In this document: one piece after another, positions 10,288-21,144 of the stretch
Numbering within the stretch: the stretch's first letter is position 1
How the letters are laid out: the number at the start of each line of letters is the position of its first letter
Assembly: GCA_963733195.1 (NCBI GenBank)
Contig: CAVTCR010000047.1
Span: 1-64,000, forward strand
DNA length: 64,000 bases
Source of the DNA: an uncultured delta proteobacterium
Lineage (GTDB): Bacteria > Desulfobacterota > Binatia > Bin18
Direction of reading: 5' to 3'
Notes under the pieces: model-generated
Database searches by the model: none
Told to the model about the DNA's origin: nothing
The model's input: only the letters and a program-made list of their open reading frames with translations
Translations under genes and position numbers: made by a program

Positions 10288-11133
10288 TCATTCCTCGACA
10301 ACTCTCTCGAAGGGCGCGCTATGCCTGCCATCATACCGTTCTTTCTGAGCCTGTCCTTTGGAAAAGCGAGGATTTCTTCCTCCCAAAATCTTCACCACCG
10401 CATCATGCACTCGTCCATTGGAAATAACTGCACTTCCTGTGTAGATTGAGTCAGTTCCAGCAAAGTCCGAGAATCGTCCTCCTGCCTCAGTCACGAGGAT
10501 TTTCGTCGCTGCCAAGTCCCACGGTTTGACCTCCGGCTCAAGCGCGACCTCAGCATGCCCACAAATCACAGTACTATGACCGAGCGCATCACCAAAACCG
10601 CGCTGGCGTGCTGTCGTCTCTATCAAGCGAAGAAACGGTTCCCAACATGGTCGGACTTTCAGATCTTTCAGTCCTCCATGGACAAGCATCGCGTCACGTA
10701 AATCCGCAACATCAGAAACATGCACTTGTTGACCATTGGCGAAGGCCCCCTGCCCTTTGCGAGCAGAGAGAAGCTCATTGATCGCCGGAGCGTACATTAC
10801 ACCAGCAGTTATTTCTCCGGCTTCCTCTAGTGCGATCAGAGTCGCGAAAAATGGGATACCACGGATGAAGTTTTTCGTGCCATCAATGGGGTCGATAATC
10901 CAGCGAGTATCAACTTTTCCCGGACGTTCGCCTAACTCTTCCCCGAGAAAGCCATGCTCAGGAAACCGCGCACTCAACACTTCGGTAATTTTTACTTCGC
11001 ACTCACGATCGGCTTTGGTTACCGGCGTGCGGTCGGCTTTGGTCTCGACTGTGAGGTTAGTGCGGAAATAATGAAGGGCGACATCGCCAGCGGCTTTGGC
11101 GGCGTCGATGGCAGCGGTAAGGATTCCATCCAT
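10288..11133 (-). CDS. hisN: Histidinol-phosphatase, inositol monophosphatase family
   Basis: KADRTPVTKAD, GEE, WIIDPIDGTKNFIRG, RGFGD, KPWDLAA. Confidence 0.8.
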   Translation of the reverse strand: MDGILTAAIDAAKAAGDVALHYFRTNLTVETKADRTPVTKADRECEVKITEVLSARFPEHGFLGEELGERPGKVDTRWIIDPIDGTKNFIRGIPFFATLIALEEAGEITAGVMYAPAINELLSARKGQGAFANGQQVHVSDVADLRDAMLVHGGLKDLKVRPCWEPFLRLIETTARQRGFGDALGHSTVICGHAEVALEPEVKPWDLAATKILVTEAGGRFSDFAGTDSIYTGSAVISNGRVHDAVVKILGGRNPRFSKGQAQKERYDGRHSAPFERVVEE

Positions 11134-11257
11134 AGCTACAGGATAAAGGATAAGGGTAAAAGGATAAAGGAAACAAAAATGAGCATGCGTTATCAGGAAA
11201 ATCTTTCTTCCCCTTATCCCTTATCCTTTCCCCTTTATCCTCCTTATCTTGTTTTCT

Positions 11258-12049
11258 TTACAGCAGCCCGCGTAACAGCCCGCCATCCACTTGAATACTC
11301 GTACCATTCACATAGCTTCCGGCTTCAGAACCCACAAAGACAATCACGTTGGCCATTTCTTGTGGATCACCGATACGCCCAAGGGGTACGTCAGTGCCAC
11401 TTTCTTCAAGCGCCTGTTCAGGGGTTTTCCCAGTCCGTTGCGCCCGTGCAGCGATTCCACTTCGCAAACGATCAGTAAGAATACGCCCCGGCAGAATAGT
11501 GTTGACGGTAATGTTGTGTTTCCCGACTTCACGAGAAAGTGTTTTTGCCATGCCAACAACTGCTGGTCGTACTCCGTTTGAAAGAATGAGGCCATCGATT
11601 GGTTCTTTCACCGACATCGACATCACACTCAGTAATCGTCCCCATTTCTGCTTTTCCATGTAGGGGATCGCTTTACGAAAGAGTCGCACGGTACTTAGAA
11701 AGTTTAGGGAAAACGCGTTTTCCCAATCTTCATCCTTCATGTTGCCAAAACCACCAAGCGGAGGTCCACCAGTGTTGGCAACAACGACATGGATGGTACC
11801 AAACTTTTTCACCGTTTCGTCAACGAACTTATCCGTTGCGTCGGCTTTGGAGAGGTCACCAGGCACAGCAAGGATCTCTGCACCGGTCTCGCGGCGAATC
11901 TCGTCTGCCGTACTCTGCAATTGACCTGGGTCGCGCGCACTGATGACGACCTTTGCTCCTTCTCTTGCGAAGCCCAGTGCTGTTGCTCTCCCAATTCCCT
12001 TGCTCGCACCACCGACGATAACGATTTTACCTTTCAGTCCAAGGTCCAT
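11258..12049 (-). CDS. SDR family oxidoreductase (3-oxoacyl-ACP reductase-like)
   Basis: MDLGLKGK, GGASKGIG, NTGGPP, VDGG. Confidence 0.9.
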   Translation of the reverse strand: MDLGLKGKIVIVGGASKGIGRATALGFAREGAKVVISARDPGQLQSTADEIRRETGAEILAVPGDLSKADATDKFVDETVKKFGTIHVVVANTGGPPLGGFGNMKDEDWENAFSLNFLSTVRLFRKAIPYMEKQKWGRLLSVMSMSVKEPIDGLILSNGVRPAVVGMAKTLSREVGKHNITVNTILPGRILTDRLRSGIAARAQRTGKTPEQALEESGTDVPLGRIGDPQEMANVIVFVGSEAGSYVNGTSIQVDGGLLRGLL

Positions 12050-12188
12050 GATATCTCTCCTCTCCCATCTCACAGGGGAAAAGGGACAAAGAGGAAACGG
12101 CGAAAAGGGAAATGGCAAACTTCTTTCTTTTATTTTTTCCCACTTACCCGTTTATCCGTTTCGCCTTTTCACCCCTTCCTTCAGTGAT

Positions 12189-13049
12189 TTAGGCCGGTAG
12201 GTATCCTCTTTTCGTATAAAACGACCGCACTGCTGCTTCAAACCCTGCCGGGTTATCGCCCATCACCGAGTGTCCAGCCTTGGGAACCAAAGCAAATTCT
12301 GATCCCGGAATCAGCTCCTGGAATTCTTTCGCACCATCAAGAGAAAAGACATCGCTTTCGCCACCTTTCACAAGGAGTGTTGGGCACGTGATTTTCTTCA
12401 CGTCGGCGGCAAGTTCATCATGCATTTGTTTGATATCGACGGGCCGCGCATGCCCCTGACTAAAATAGGTGTCGTATTTCCATCCCCACTTTCCATTGGG
12501 CAGCTGCTTCAGGTTGTACACACATGTGAATTTACGGATGACTTCGAGTGAACGACGCGGATTGAAACGATGAATAACCGCTGCCGCCTCATCAAGATCG
12601 TTAAATTCACGGTAGTTGGTCATGAAATCACGGATATGCTGAACGCCCTCCTTTTCCACTCGTGGACCAACATCGACAACAACCAGTGCCTCGACGCGGT
12701 CAGTATTGTTGCCGGTAAAAGAAAGAGAATTCGCGCCTCCCATCGACATGCCAGTGAGGAAAAAGCGATTGAGACCGAGCGCTTTAGTAAACGCTAGCAC
12801 ATCACCGACCATTGTCTTGCGTGAGTAATCTTTGTCGGGTGCCCAGTCAGTATCGCCATGTCCACGTTGGTCAAAAGCCATAATATGGAAATGTGGCGCC
12901 ATCGCTGCCGCAAACAGATCCCATGTATGACAGGTCTGTCCGACTCCGTGGAGTAAAACGAGCGGTGGTTTTTCTGGATTTCCCCAATCAAGGTAATGAA
13001 ACTTCAACCCATTAGCTTGCACATAGCGATCCGTGAATTGTGCCGTCAT
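12189..13049 (-). CDS. Alpha/beta hydrolase
   Basis: LLHG, DQRGHG, GMSMGG nucleophile elbow, AGH. Confidence 0.9.
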   Translation of the reverse strand: MTAQFTDRYVQANGLKFHYLDWGNPEKPPLVLLHGVGQTCHTWDLFAAAMAPHFHIMAFDQRGHGDTDWAPDKDYSRKTMVGDVLAFTKALGLNRFFLTGMSMGGANSLSFTGNNTDRVEALVVVDVGPRVEKEGVQHIRDFMTNYREFNDLDEAAAVIHRFNPRRSLEVIRKFTCVYNLKQLPNGKWGWKYDTYFSQGHARPVDIKQMHDELAADVKKITCPTLLVKGGESDVFSLDGAKEFQELIPGSEFALVPKAGHSVMGDNPAGFEAAVRSFYTKRGYLPA

Positions 13050-13210
13050 GCAGTTCCCTCCTTCGTGCTCGTACGGCCATAGCGGCAGTCAGCATAATAG
13101 AAAAACGGTAAAAGGCAACGGGCGGAGAACAAAAGAAAATCAAAAGGCAAAAATGAAGAGAGATTTATATTTTTGCTTTTTGCCATTTGCATTGTAACTT
13201 TTGACTTTTC

Positions 13211-13873
13211 CTACCTCAGCAATCCCCACACTACCTCCGGCGTTAGTTCCTTCAAGCTAGAAAGGACCAGACTCGCCCGACTGAAATCATTGTGCAGCGT
13301 GTATTCATTGGGAACGGCAATACACCGGATCCCGCACTATTCGCGGCCATAACACCTTTGTACGTATCTTCAATCACTACACATTGCATCGGAGCGAGAC
13401 CCAGCTTCGCTGCCGCCGTCAGAAATGCATCAGGCTGTGGTTTTGCCTGTTGGTAATCCTGCCGAGCGATTGTCACCGGAAAGAAGCGCGCAATGCCCAT
13501 ACGCCGAAGCACGGCATCAAGGTGTTCACGATTGCTGTTGGTCGCAACGGTCAATGCAAAATGGGGAGTGAGCCACGTTAACGTCTCTTCCACATAGGGC
13601 ATCAGTTTCACTTCATGTTTCCAAGAGCTGCAGATAGACAGGAGAGCGAAGTTGCCGTAGTTCTTCGGGAGAAATAGGCAGATGGTGTTTTTCAACGATA
13701 TATTCGGGGCCATTGCCTTGTGCAATCCAGTACTGTTCATACTCTTCACGCGATACCGTCACTCCGTATGGCTTTAAGACTTCAGAGTAAGCACGGTAGT
13801 AAAGCCCCTCAGAATCGATCAGTACACCGTCCAGGTCGAAGATGACTCCATATTTGGGTTCTTTCGTATTCAT
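13211..13873 (-). CDS. HAD family phosphatase (beta-PGM/CbbY-like), frameshifted
   Basis: FDLDGVLIDSE, KPQPD, VIEDTYKG motifs across ORFs 13613-13894 and 13252-13749. Confidence 0.85.
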
Positions 13874-13934
13874 TTTTTCCTCAACTGTGAACATTCAGGA
13901 TTCAGCTTGCCAGACCTTTACGCTATAGTCACTG

Positions 13935-14172
13935 ATGATGAAACAAGAACAGAGCCTTGATCTCACAGATCCATCGGCAGCATGGGTCGAGGTCTTTCAG
14001 TCGCTCGGTCTTCCTGCTTACCGGATACGAGTTGAAGCAAAAGACAAAATGGTGTGTATCCAAGCACCACACGAAGATTTCGCCCGCTTACTCGATCCAG
14101 CCATCCGATCCAATCTTGGTAAAGCATGGTAAGTCACTTGGATATCGGTTTGTGACATTGGATCTGGGTTGA
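13935..14172 (+). CDS. Small hypothetical protein resembling the LarE C-terminal domain (frameshift near 14120)
   Basis: LGLPAYRIRV...IQAPHEDFARLLDPAIRSNLVKHGKSLGYRFVTLDLG. Confidence 0.55.
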
Positions 14173-14300
14173 AGCTGTTATCAGCGGGAGAGTACTTCAA
14201 GGCTACGTATATGCCAGCGAAAACTGGTATCCAGATTGAATAAGAAAGATGTCTGCTTATGCCTCCTGGATTCCCGCTCCCCTCGACCCTGCCCCACTCC

Positions 14301-14672
14301 CTATTCGTCTAACCTATGTCGATTCGTCTCCCACTCGCGCCCATTAAAAGGCTGGATGGTGAGTTTTTGCAGCTCTACCCCTTCTAAGCAGCGGACGTTG
14401 ACGTCAATCTTATCGGGGTGTGAACGGGGAACGTAGTACGAATGAATGCCGCACGCTGAGCAAAAGTAGTGCTTGGCTGTGTTGGTATTGAATTGATACA
14501 GGGACATCTGCGCGTCTGGGGTTAACAAGCGAAACTGCCCAGGGTCAACGATCAAGTGTAAGAACCCTTTCTTTGTGCAGATCGAACAGTTGCAATCAAC
14601 GACCTGCTCGAAATTGGTCGTCACCTCAAATCGTACGCGGCCACAATGACATCCGCCTTGGTAGATGGGCAT
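14301..14672 (-). CDS. GFA / CENP-V family Zn-binding protein
   Basis: GGCHCG, CNCSIC, HYFCSACGI. Confidence 0.9.
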   Translation of the reverse strand: MPIYQGGCHCGRVRFEVTTNFEQVVDCNCSICTKKGFLHLIVDPGQFRLLTPDAQMSLYQFNTNTAKHYFCSACGIHSYYVPRSHPDKIDVNVRCLEGVELQKLTIQPFNGREWETNRHRLDE

Positions 14673-14856
14673 AATCGCCTCCGGCTTACAGGACTAAGTA
14701 ATGAGGGCTGAGGGCCGAGTATGAAAGAAAAGAAGGCTTTTGACTACTCCTACTTTTGGATCTCGTTACTCATCACTCATAGCTCATTCCCAAGTTCAGG
14801 CTCTTGCCCCTTCATGGGAGAGACGATAAGACAAACAGGTGTAAGTCGAATGCTGT

Positions 14857-14930
14857 CGGGGTGTAGCGCAGCCTGGTAGCGTACTCGCTTGGGGTGCGAG
14901 TGGTCGGCCGTTCAAATCGGCTCACCCCGA
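14857..14930 (+). tRNA. tRNA-Pro(GGG), CCA not encoded
   Basis: CGGGGTGTAGCGCAGCCTGGTAGCG..CTCGC-TTGGGGT-GCGAG..GTTCAAATC..CACCCCGA cloverleaf. Confidence 0.95.
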
Positions 14931-14940
14931 TTCGTGGCAC

Positions 14941-14970
14941 AAAGGCGATCGCCCCAACGGTCGCCTTTCT
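14941..14970 (+). terminator. Hairpin after tRNA-Pro
   Basis: AAAGGCGATCG-cccaa-CGGTCGCCTTT. Confidence 0.55.
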
Positions 14971-15000
14971 TATTCGATACATTTCTGTTGAAATACCATC

Positions 15001-15753
15001 ATGATTATTCTGATCTGCAATGATGACGGTATCCACTCGGAGGGGCTACATGCGTTAGAGGCAGCGCTCGCAAAAATCGGTGAGATTTATACCGTCGCCC
15101 CGGATCGCGAACAAAGCGCAGTGAGCCATTCGCTGACGTTGCATCGCCCGCTGCGGATTGATGAAATCGGGTCTCGCCGGTTTGCCGTTAACGGCACACC
15201 GACTGACTGCGTCAACCTCGCGGTAAAAGGGTTTTTACCAGTGCGCCCGCAACTCGTCGTTTCTGGTATCAATAGAGGAGCGAACCTCGGCGATGATGTG
15301 ACGTACTCTGGGACAGTGTCTGCGGCAATGGAAGGCTCGCTGCTCGGGATTCCGTCAATTGCGGTTTCGCTTGTCATCAAAGGAACACCACATCATTTTG
15401 TCCCAGCAGCAGAATTTGCTGCGGTGCTCGCCAAAGAGGTCATCGAGCAAGGTATGCCGCCAGATACACTGCTCAATGTGAATGTCCCGAATCTCCCACG
15501 TGAAGACCTGAAGGGTTTCCTACTGACACGGCAAGGGAAACGACGCTACGCGGAGACAATGGAAGTACGCGTTGACCCACGCGGTAGGAAGTATTACTGG
15601 ATTGGCGGAGATGATCTCGGATTTGATCCAGGTGAAGGAACAGATTGCATTGCGGTTCACGAGGGGTTCATTTCTGTGACCCCGTTGCATGTCGATCTGA
15701 CAAACTATCGTGCACTGCAAGAATTACGAGGTCTGCAACTCCCATGGCATTAG
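15001..15753 (+). CDS. surE: 5'/3'-nucleotidase SurE
   Basis: NDDGI, GTPTDCV, SGINRGANLG, YSGTVSAA. Confidence 0.97.
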   Translation: MIILICNDDGIHSEGLHALEAALAKIGEIYTVAPDREQSAVSHSLTLHRPLRIDEIGSRRFAVNGTPTDCVNLAVKGFLPVRPQLVVSGINRGANLGDDVTYSGTVSAAMEGSLLGIPSIAVSLVIKGTPHHFVPAAEFAAVLAKEVIEQGMPPDTLLNVNVPNLPREDLKGFLLTRQGKRRYAETMEVRVDPRGRKYYWIGGDDLGFDPGEGTDCIAVHEGFISVTPLHVDLTNYRALQELRGLQLPWH

Positions 15754-16394
15754 ATAATTACACCATTGCTCGTGAACGTATGGTCGAGGAACAGCTCGTG
15801 CAGCGTGGTATTAAGGACCCGCTTATATTAGACGCAATGCGTCGCGTGCCTCGGCATTTGTTTGTTGATGAGTCAACGCGGGATCAAGCGTACGAGGACC
15901 ACCCTTTACCTATCGGCGAGGGGCAGACAATTTCGCAGCCCTACATGATTGCGCTGATGGCGTTGGCTATGCAACTCGCCGAAGGAGAGCATGTCTTGGA
16001 GGTCGGTACCGGATCAGGCTATCTGACCGCGATTCTCGCAGAGCAAGGAGTTGAAATCTGTTCGGTTGAACTCTCACCACAGCTCGCGCAGCGTTCCCAA
16101 GCTGTTCTCCACCGACTTGGTTATCAGGGAGTGGCAGTCCATGTTGGTGACGGGACTCTCGGATGGCCAGAGGCTGCTCCGTTTGATGCCATTGTCATCG
16201 GTGCCGCTGCCCCAGGTATTCCTCGTCCCCTGCTTGCACAACTGCGACTCGGCGGTCGTATCGTCGCCCCGATGGGAGAAGAAGATCTCCAGACACTAGT
16301 ACGCATCTGGAAGGAACGGTCTGGCTTGCGCGAAGAATATTTTGGTGAGTGTCAGTTTGTGAAGTTACGCGGCGAGCATGGGTGGGAAACGTAA
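15744..16394 (+). CDS. pcm: Protein-L-isoaspartate O-methyltransferase
   Basis: GQTISQPY, LEVGTGSGY, GDGTLGW; follows surE. Confidence 0.95.
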   Translation: MALDNYTIARERMVEEQLVQRGIKDPLILDAMRRVPRHLFVDESTRDQAYEDHPLPIGEGQTISQPYMIALMALAMQLAEGEHVLEVGTGSGYLTAILAEQGVEICSVELSPQLAQRSQAVLHRLGYQGVAVHVGDGTLGWPEAAPFDAIVIGAAAPGIPRPLLAQLRLGGRIVAPMGEEDLQTLVRIWKERSGLREEYFGECQFVKLRGEHGWET

Positions 16395-16461
16395 GGGATT
16401 TGTAGGGACGCCATATCCAGTTCTGTTCATCAAATTTTAGCTCCTGACCAGAGCGTCTTTC

Positions 16462-17613
16462 ATGCGTCGCATTTACCTTGACCATAACGCCACAACCCCA
16501 TTACGCCCAGAAGTCTTAGAGGCGATGCTTCCCTATCTGCAAATCCATTTCGGGAATCCATCGAGCATTCATTGGGCAGGGCGTCGTGCCAAACAGGGGC
16601 TAGAAACTGCACGAGAGCAACTTGCGGTGTTGATTCATTGCCGTCCGTCAGAAATTCTCTTTACCAGTGGAGGAACAGAGAGCAATAATCTTGCGTTAGT
16701 TGGTGTTCTCCGATCGGCTCGTGCCCGAGGATCTCATGTTGTGACGACTGCGATCGAGCATTCCTCAATTCTCGAACCATTACAGAGGATGACCAACAGT
16801 GACTCCTCATTCACTCTGTTGTCGGTAAACAACGAAGGACGCGTGAATGCTGATGACTTAGTCTCGGCTATTCGACCCGATACAGTTCTGGTGTCCATTG
16901 GTATAGCAAATCATGAAATTGGCACGATTCAGCCTATCGCCGCATTGAGCCGCATCACCAAAGAGCGAAAAATTCTTCTCCATATCGATGCCGTGCAAGC
17001 TGCGGGGAAACTGCCTATCGATGTCAATGCACTTGGCGTTGACCTGCTCTCGCTCTCGGCACATAAGATTTATGGTCCTAAGGGGATCGGGGCACTGTAT
17101 GTCCGTAAGGGCACCGCGATTACCCCGCTCATGTATGGCGGTCCGCAAGAACGGGAAAAACGTGCGGGGACAGAAAACGTTGCCGCAGCCGTTGGCTTTG
17201 GCATGGCAGCCGCTCTCGCAGCCCAGGAGGTAGAAACAAACGCTGCGTATTATCTGCGCCTGACCAGCAAACTGCGTGACGGAGTCTTGCAGCGTATTCC
17301 AGGAACATGCCTGAATAGCCCAGCCAAAGATTGTCTTCCCAACACGGTCAATATTGGTTTTACTAACGCAACAGGAGAGGGACTGATGATGGGGCTCGAT
17401 CTGGCCGGGATCGCAGTTTCAACCGGTTCAGCCTGCGCGGCTGGCTCTTTAGAACCCTCACATGTACTTTTAGCACTCGGTCGCGATCCTGATGCCGCAA
17501 AGGGCGCGCTGCGTTTTAGCGTCGGAAAAGATACAACAGCAGCAGACATTGACCATCTCCTCGATATATTGCCAGGAGTAGTCGAGCGAGTGCGAGCGGC
17601 CCGATTACAGTAA
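16462..17613 (+). CDS. iscS: Cysteine desulfurase (IscS/NifS family)
   Basis: YLDHNATTP, SAHKIYGPKG, STGSAC. Confidence 0.93.
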   Translation: MRRIYLDHNATTPLRPEVLEAMLPYLQIHFGNPSSIHWAGRRAKQGLETAREQLAVLIHCRPSEILFTSGGTESNNLALVGVLRSARARGSHVVTTAIEHSSILEPLQRMTNSDSSFTLLSVNNEGRVNADDLVSAIRPDTVLVSIGIANHEIGTIQPIAALSRITKERKILLHIDAVQAAGKLPIDVNALGVDLLSLSAHKIYGPKGIGALYVRKGTAITPLMYGGPQEREKRAGTENVAAAVGFGMAAALAAQEVETNAAYYLRLTSKLRDGVLQRIPGTCLNSPAKDCLPNTVNIGFTNATGEGLMMGLDLAGIAVSTGSACAAGSLEPSHVLLALGRDPDAAKGALRFSVGKDTTAADIDHLLDILPGVVERVRAARLQ

Positions 17614-17627
17614 TAGAGTGATGAGTA

Positions 17628-18771
17628 ATGAGAACTGAGAAAAGTAGTCCAGAGTCCAGAGTCCAGAGTCCAGAGTCGCCACCCACCTCCAAGCGAGTAT
17701 TAGCGGCGCTGAGCGGTGGGGTCGATAGTGCCGTCGCTGCTGCGTTGCTTGTCGAAGCTGGCTATGAAGTCATCGCGATTTCTATGTTGCTGGCCGGTAA
17801 CACCGAAGGGCATGACGGTGGATGCTGTTCGATTGACGATTTCCAGGATGCACGCCGTGTCGCTGAACAGCTTGAGATTCCCTACTACGTCCTGAATCTG
17901 AAGGATGCCTTTCGTTCACGCGTGATCGATGTGTTTACCAATGAGTATTTACGCGGGCGAACACCAAACCCCTGTCTGCTGTGTAATCGCGACTTAAAGT
18001 TTGATTTGCTCTGGCAACGGGCTCGTGAACTCGATGCGCATTTTGTCGCCACTGGTCACTACGCGCGGGTCGAATATGATCAGACAACCGACCAATACCA
18101 TCTGTTACGCGGGACAGATCAGCACAAGGATCAATCATATTTTCTCTTTACTCTCAGCCAGGCGCAGCTTGCGCGAACGCTCTTCCCGGTGGGACATCTC
18201 ACAAAGAACGAGGTGCGAGAAAAGGCTCGTACGCTTGGACTCAACATCGCCGAGAAACCGGAAAGTCAGGACATCTGTTTTGTTCCTGACGGTGATTACG
18301 CCCGGTTTATTGAAGAACGGATCGCTACAACCCAACCGCAGCGAGTCACACCTGGTGAAATTGTCGATGAGGAAGGACGTAGTCCTCGGAACTCACGACG
18401 GTATTCATCGCTTCACTATCGGCCAGCGTCGCGGTCTTGGCGTTGGCGGCTTAACCGAGCCACGCTACGTTACTCAAATTAACCCACAAAGTGGTCGAGT
18501 TTCTGTAGGAGAGAAGAAGCAGTTGATGACGCGTGGTCTCGTTGCTAGCGGGGTTAATTGGGTCAGTGGCAAACAGACAGCAGATGTTACTGCTAACGTG
18601 AAAATCCGCTATCGTCATCCAGTGATCCCCGCTCGGATTGTCCCGCAGAGTAGCGGGAAAGCCGAAGTGTGGTTCCAGCAATCGTATCCGGCAGTAACTC
18701 CAGGACAGGCAGTTGTATTTTATGGTGGAGATCAGGTGCTAGGGGGAGGTTGGATTGAAAAAGCGCTCTAA
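17628..18771 (+). CDS. mnmA: tRNA 2-thiouridylase MnmA (frameshift near 18380)
   Basis: [50 protein letters not shown]. Confidence 0.95.
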
Positions 18772-18810
18772 GTCGCACAGATTATATGATAACACCTTTT
18801 CCTAACACCG

Positions 18811-18908
18811 CGCATGCTGAGCGTAGCCCGAAGGGCGTAGTCGAAGCACGCGACCTAGATTCTGCGTTCATCCTTCGACTTCGCTACCGCTACGCTCAGG
18901 ACGAACGG
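18811..18908. repeat. REP-like palindrome pair (GCTGAGCG...GTCGAAGC family)
   Basis: GCATGCTGAGCGTAGC...GTAGTCGAAGCA / CCTTCGACTTCGCTAC...CTACGCTCAGGACGAACG inverted pair. Confidence 0.7.
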
Positions 18909-18966
18909 GCTAGGCCGCTAACGTGTGAATGTCTGAACCTTTATGGCAGTTAACACTGAAGTAAAT

Positions 18967-20290
18967 ATGTCAAACGATTTCCCCACTCCATGTAGCCCTC
19001 ACAACCCTCGGCTGCAAGGTCAATCAATACGACACGGCAACAATTGAGGATCGCTTACGAGCGGCCGGTCATGTGCTCGTTCCATTCGTTGAAATGGCGG
19101 ATGTTTATATCGTCAACAGTTGTACAGTGACCAACCAAGCAGACGCAGAAAGTCGCCAACTCGCCCGTCGTGCCAAGCGTACAAATCCAACCGCACGCGT
19201 GATTATGACTGGCTGTTATGCGCAAGTGAACCCGAAGGGAGTCGCCAAAGTTCCGGAGGTCGATTATGTCATCGGCCTCAATCGTCTTGATGATCTGCTG
19301 CGTGCTGTCGTCAATGAAGTGTCATTAGAACGTATCTCTGTCAGTAACTTACGGAAGCAGGGGGAAACGCCACGTGTCGACACGTTAGGAGCATTGACGT
19401 TTAGTGGTCAAACTCGTGCGTTCCTCAAGATCCAGGAAGGCTGCGACCTCTTTTGCACATTTTGTATCGTTCCGATGTCACGGGGGAAAAGCCGCAGTGT
19501 TCCGCCTCGGGTCGTACTGGAACAACTCGATCGTTTAGCTACGCAGGGTTTTCAAGAAGTCGTTCTGACTGGAATTCACTTAGGTGGATACGGCGAGGAC
19601 CTCGATCCACAAGTTGATCTTGTGTGGTTGTTGGAAGCAATCGAAGAGCGCAGACCGGTGCCACGTATACGAATCAGTTCCCTTGATCCACATGAAATCA
19701 GTGATTCCCTGATTCATCTGCTGTTTCGGTCGCAGACTCTCTGTCCGCATCTGCACATTCCGTTACAAGCGGGCGCGGATCACACGCTCGCACGGATGCG
19801 GCGACGTTACGATACTGCACTCGCACGACGCGTGCTCGACCAGCTTCGCGAAACCTTACCGCACGCCTCCTTCGGAACTGACCTCATCGTCGGCTTTCCC
19901 GGCGAAAGTGATGAAAATTTCTCACAGACGGTCACCTTCTTGGAAGAGAGCCCGTTTACCTACTTTCACGTTTTTCCCTACTCGGTCCGCAGTGGCACGA
20001 CCGCAGCAAAATTCACCGACAAAGTTCCTCAACCAGTTATTGACGCCCGCTCTCGCCAGATTCGCAAACTGGGCGAAGTAAAGAAGGCTGCTTTCTCCCG
20101 TGGTTTTGTTGGGCAGACCTTACCAGTGTTGTTTGAACACACCCGTGATCGTAATACCGGTATGCTTAAAGGCTACAGTCGTAACTACATCCGGGTGCTG
20201 GCTGAAGGTGGAGATGAGTACATGAACCGCGAAGTGCCGGTCACCATTCAGCGGACCAACGGCGAAACGACGTGGGGGATAATTCAATGA
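18967..20290 (+). CDS. mtaB: tRNA t6A37 methylthiotransferase MtaB (indel near 5' end)
   Basis: TLGCKVNQYD upstream of ORF 19073, NSCTVT, KIQEGCDLFCTFC radical-SAM motif, LTGIHLG. Confidence 0.93.
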
Positions 20291-20376
20291 AAAATGGAGA
20301 ATGAAAAGTGAAAAATGGTGAGGAAAACTATTCTACAATTCTCCATTTTTAATTCTTCATTCTTAATTCTCTTCCT

Positions 20377-21069
20377 ATGCAGGATTATTCCGAACTCGAA
20401 ACGACACTGTCGTACACCTTCCAACGCAAAGAGTTCTTGCATCTGGCTCTCACGCATCGTTCAGCTCAACTGCGACCAGGAGAAAGCCACAATGAACGGC
20501 TGGAGTTTCTTGGCGACTCTGTCCTTGGCCTCGCCATGAGTGATCTGCTAATGCAACGTTTTCCTGATGCGAGCGAAGGAGACCTGTCAAAAATGCGTGC
20601 GTCTCTCGTCAACGCGCAGGTCCTCGCAAGCAAAGCAGCAAAGATTTCGCTGGGGCAGTGGCTTCGGCTTGGTGGCGGGGAGGATCGTAGCGGCGGACGA
20701 GAAAAACCATCCATTCTCGCCGCAGCCTACGAAGCACTGTTGGGCGCGGTGTATCTCGATGGGGGCTTTGCTCCGGCACGACAGTTAATTGCCGGCCATT
20801 TCTTAGAGAATCTTGAGGGTAGGTCTCAAGGAGAGACCTTCGATTGCAAGACGCGACTCCAAGAAATCACGCAAAAGATTTTTCGTGAAACCCCGGTCTA
20901 CACAGTTGTCGAAGCACGCGGTCCAGACCACCAAAAGATCTTCATTAGTCAGGTGTCGATTGCCGGAAAAGAATATGGCCGTGGCGAAGGGCAAAATAAA
21001 AAGAGCGCTGACCAAGCTGCTGCGTTACAAACTTTAGAACTGCTCAAGCTTGAGAATCAGGAGTTGTAG
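20377..21069 (+). CDS. rnc: Ribonuclease III
   Basis: ALTHRS, NERLEFLGDSVL, dsRBD KTRLQE...GPDH. Confidence 0.97.
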   Translation: MQDYSELETTLSYTFQRKEFLHLALTHRSAQLRPGESHNERLEFLGDSVLGLAMSDLLMQRFPDASEGDLSKMRASLVNAQVLASKAAKISLGQWLRLGGGEDRSGGREKPSILAAAYEALLGAVYLDGGFAPARQLIAGHFLENLEGRSQGETFDCKTRLQEITQKIFRETPVYTVVEARGPDHQKIFISQVSIAGKEYGRGEGQNKKSADQAAALQTLELLKLENQEL

Positions 21070-21144
21070 GAGAGATTTTTCGCCTTGACCCTCCGCTAGT
21101 CCGGCGGTACAGTCCCGCCAAGAGCAATCGCTAAAGGAGGGAGT

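Noticed and set aside
14857-14930. tRNA-Pro as an integration site of a genomic island
   Set aside because: No integrase nearby, no duplicated tRNA 3' end noticed, and housekeeping surE follows directly
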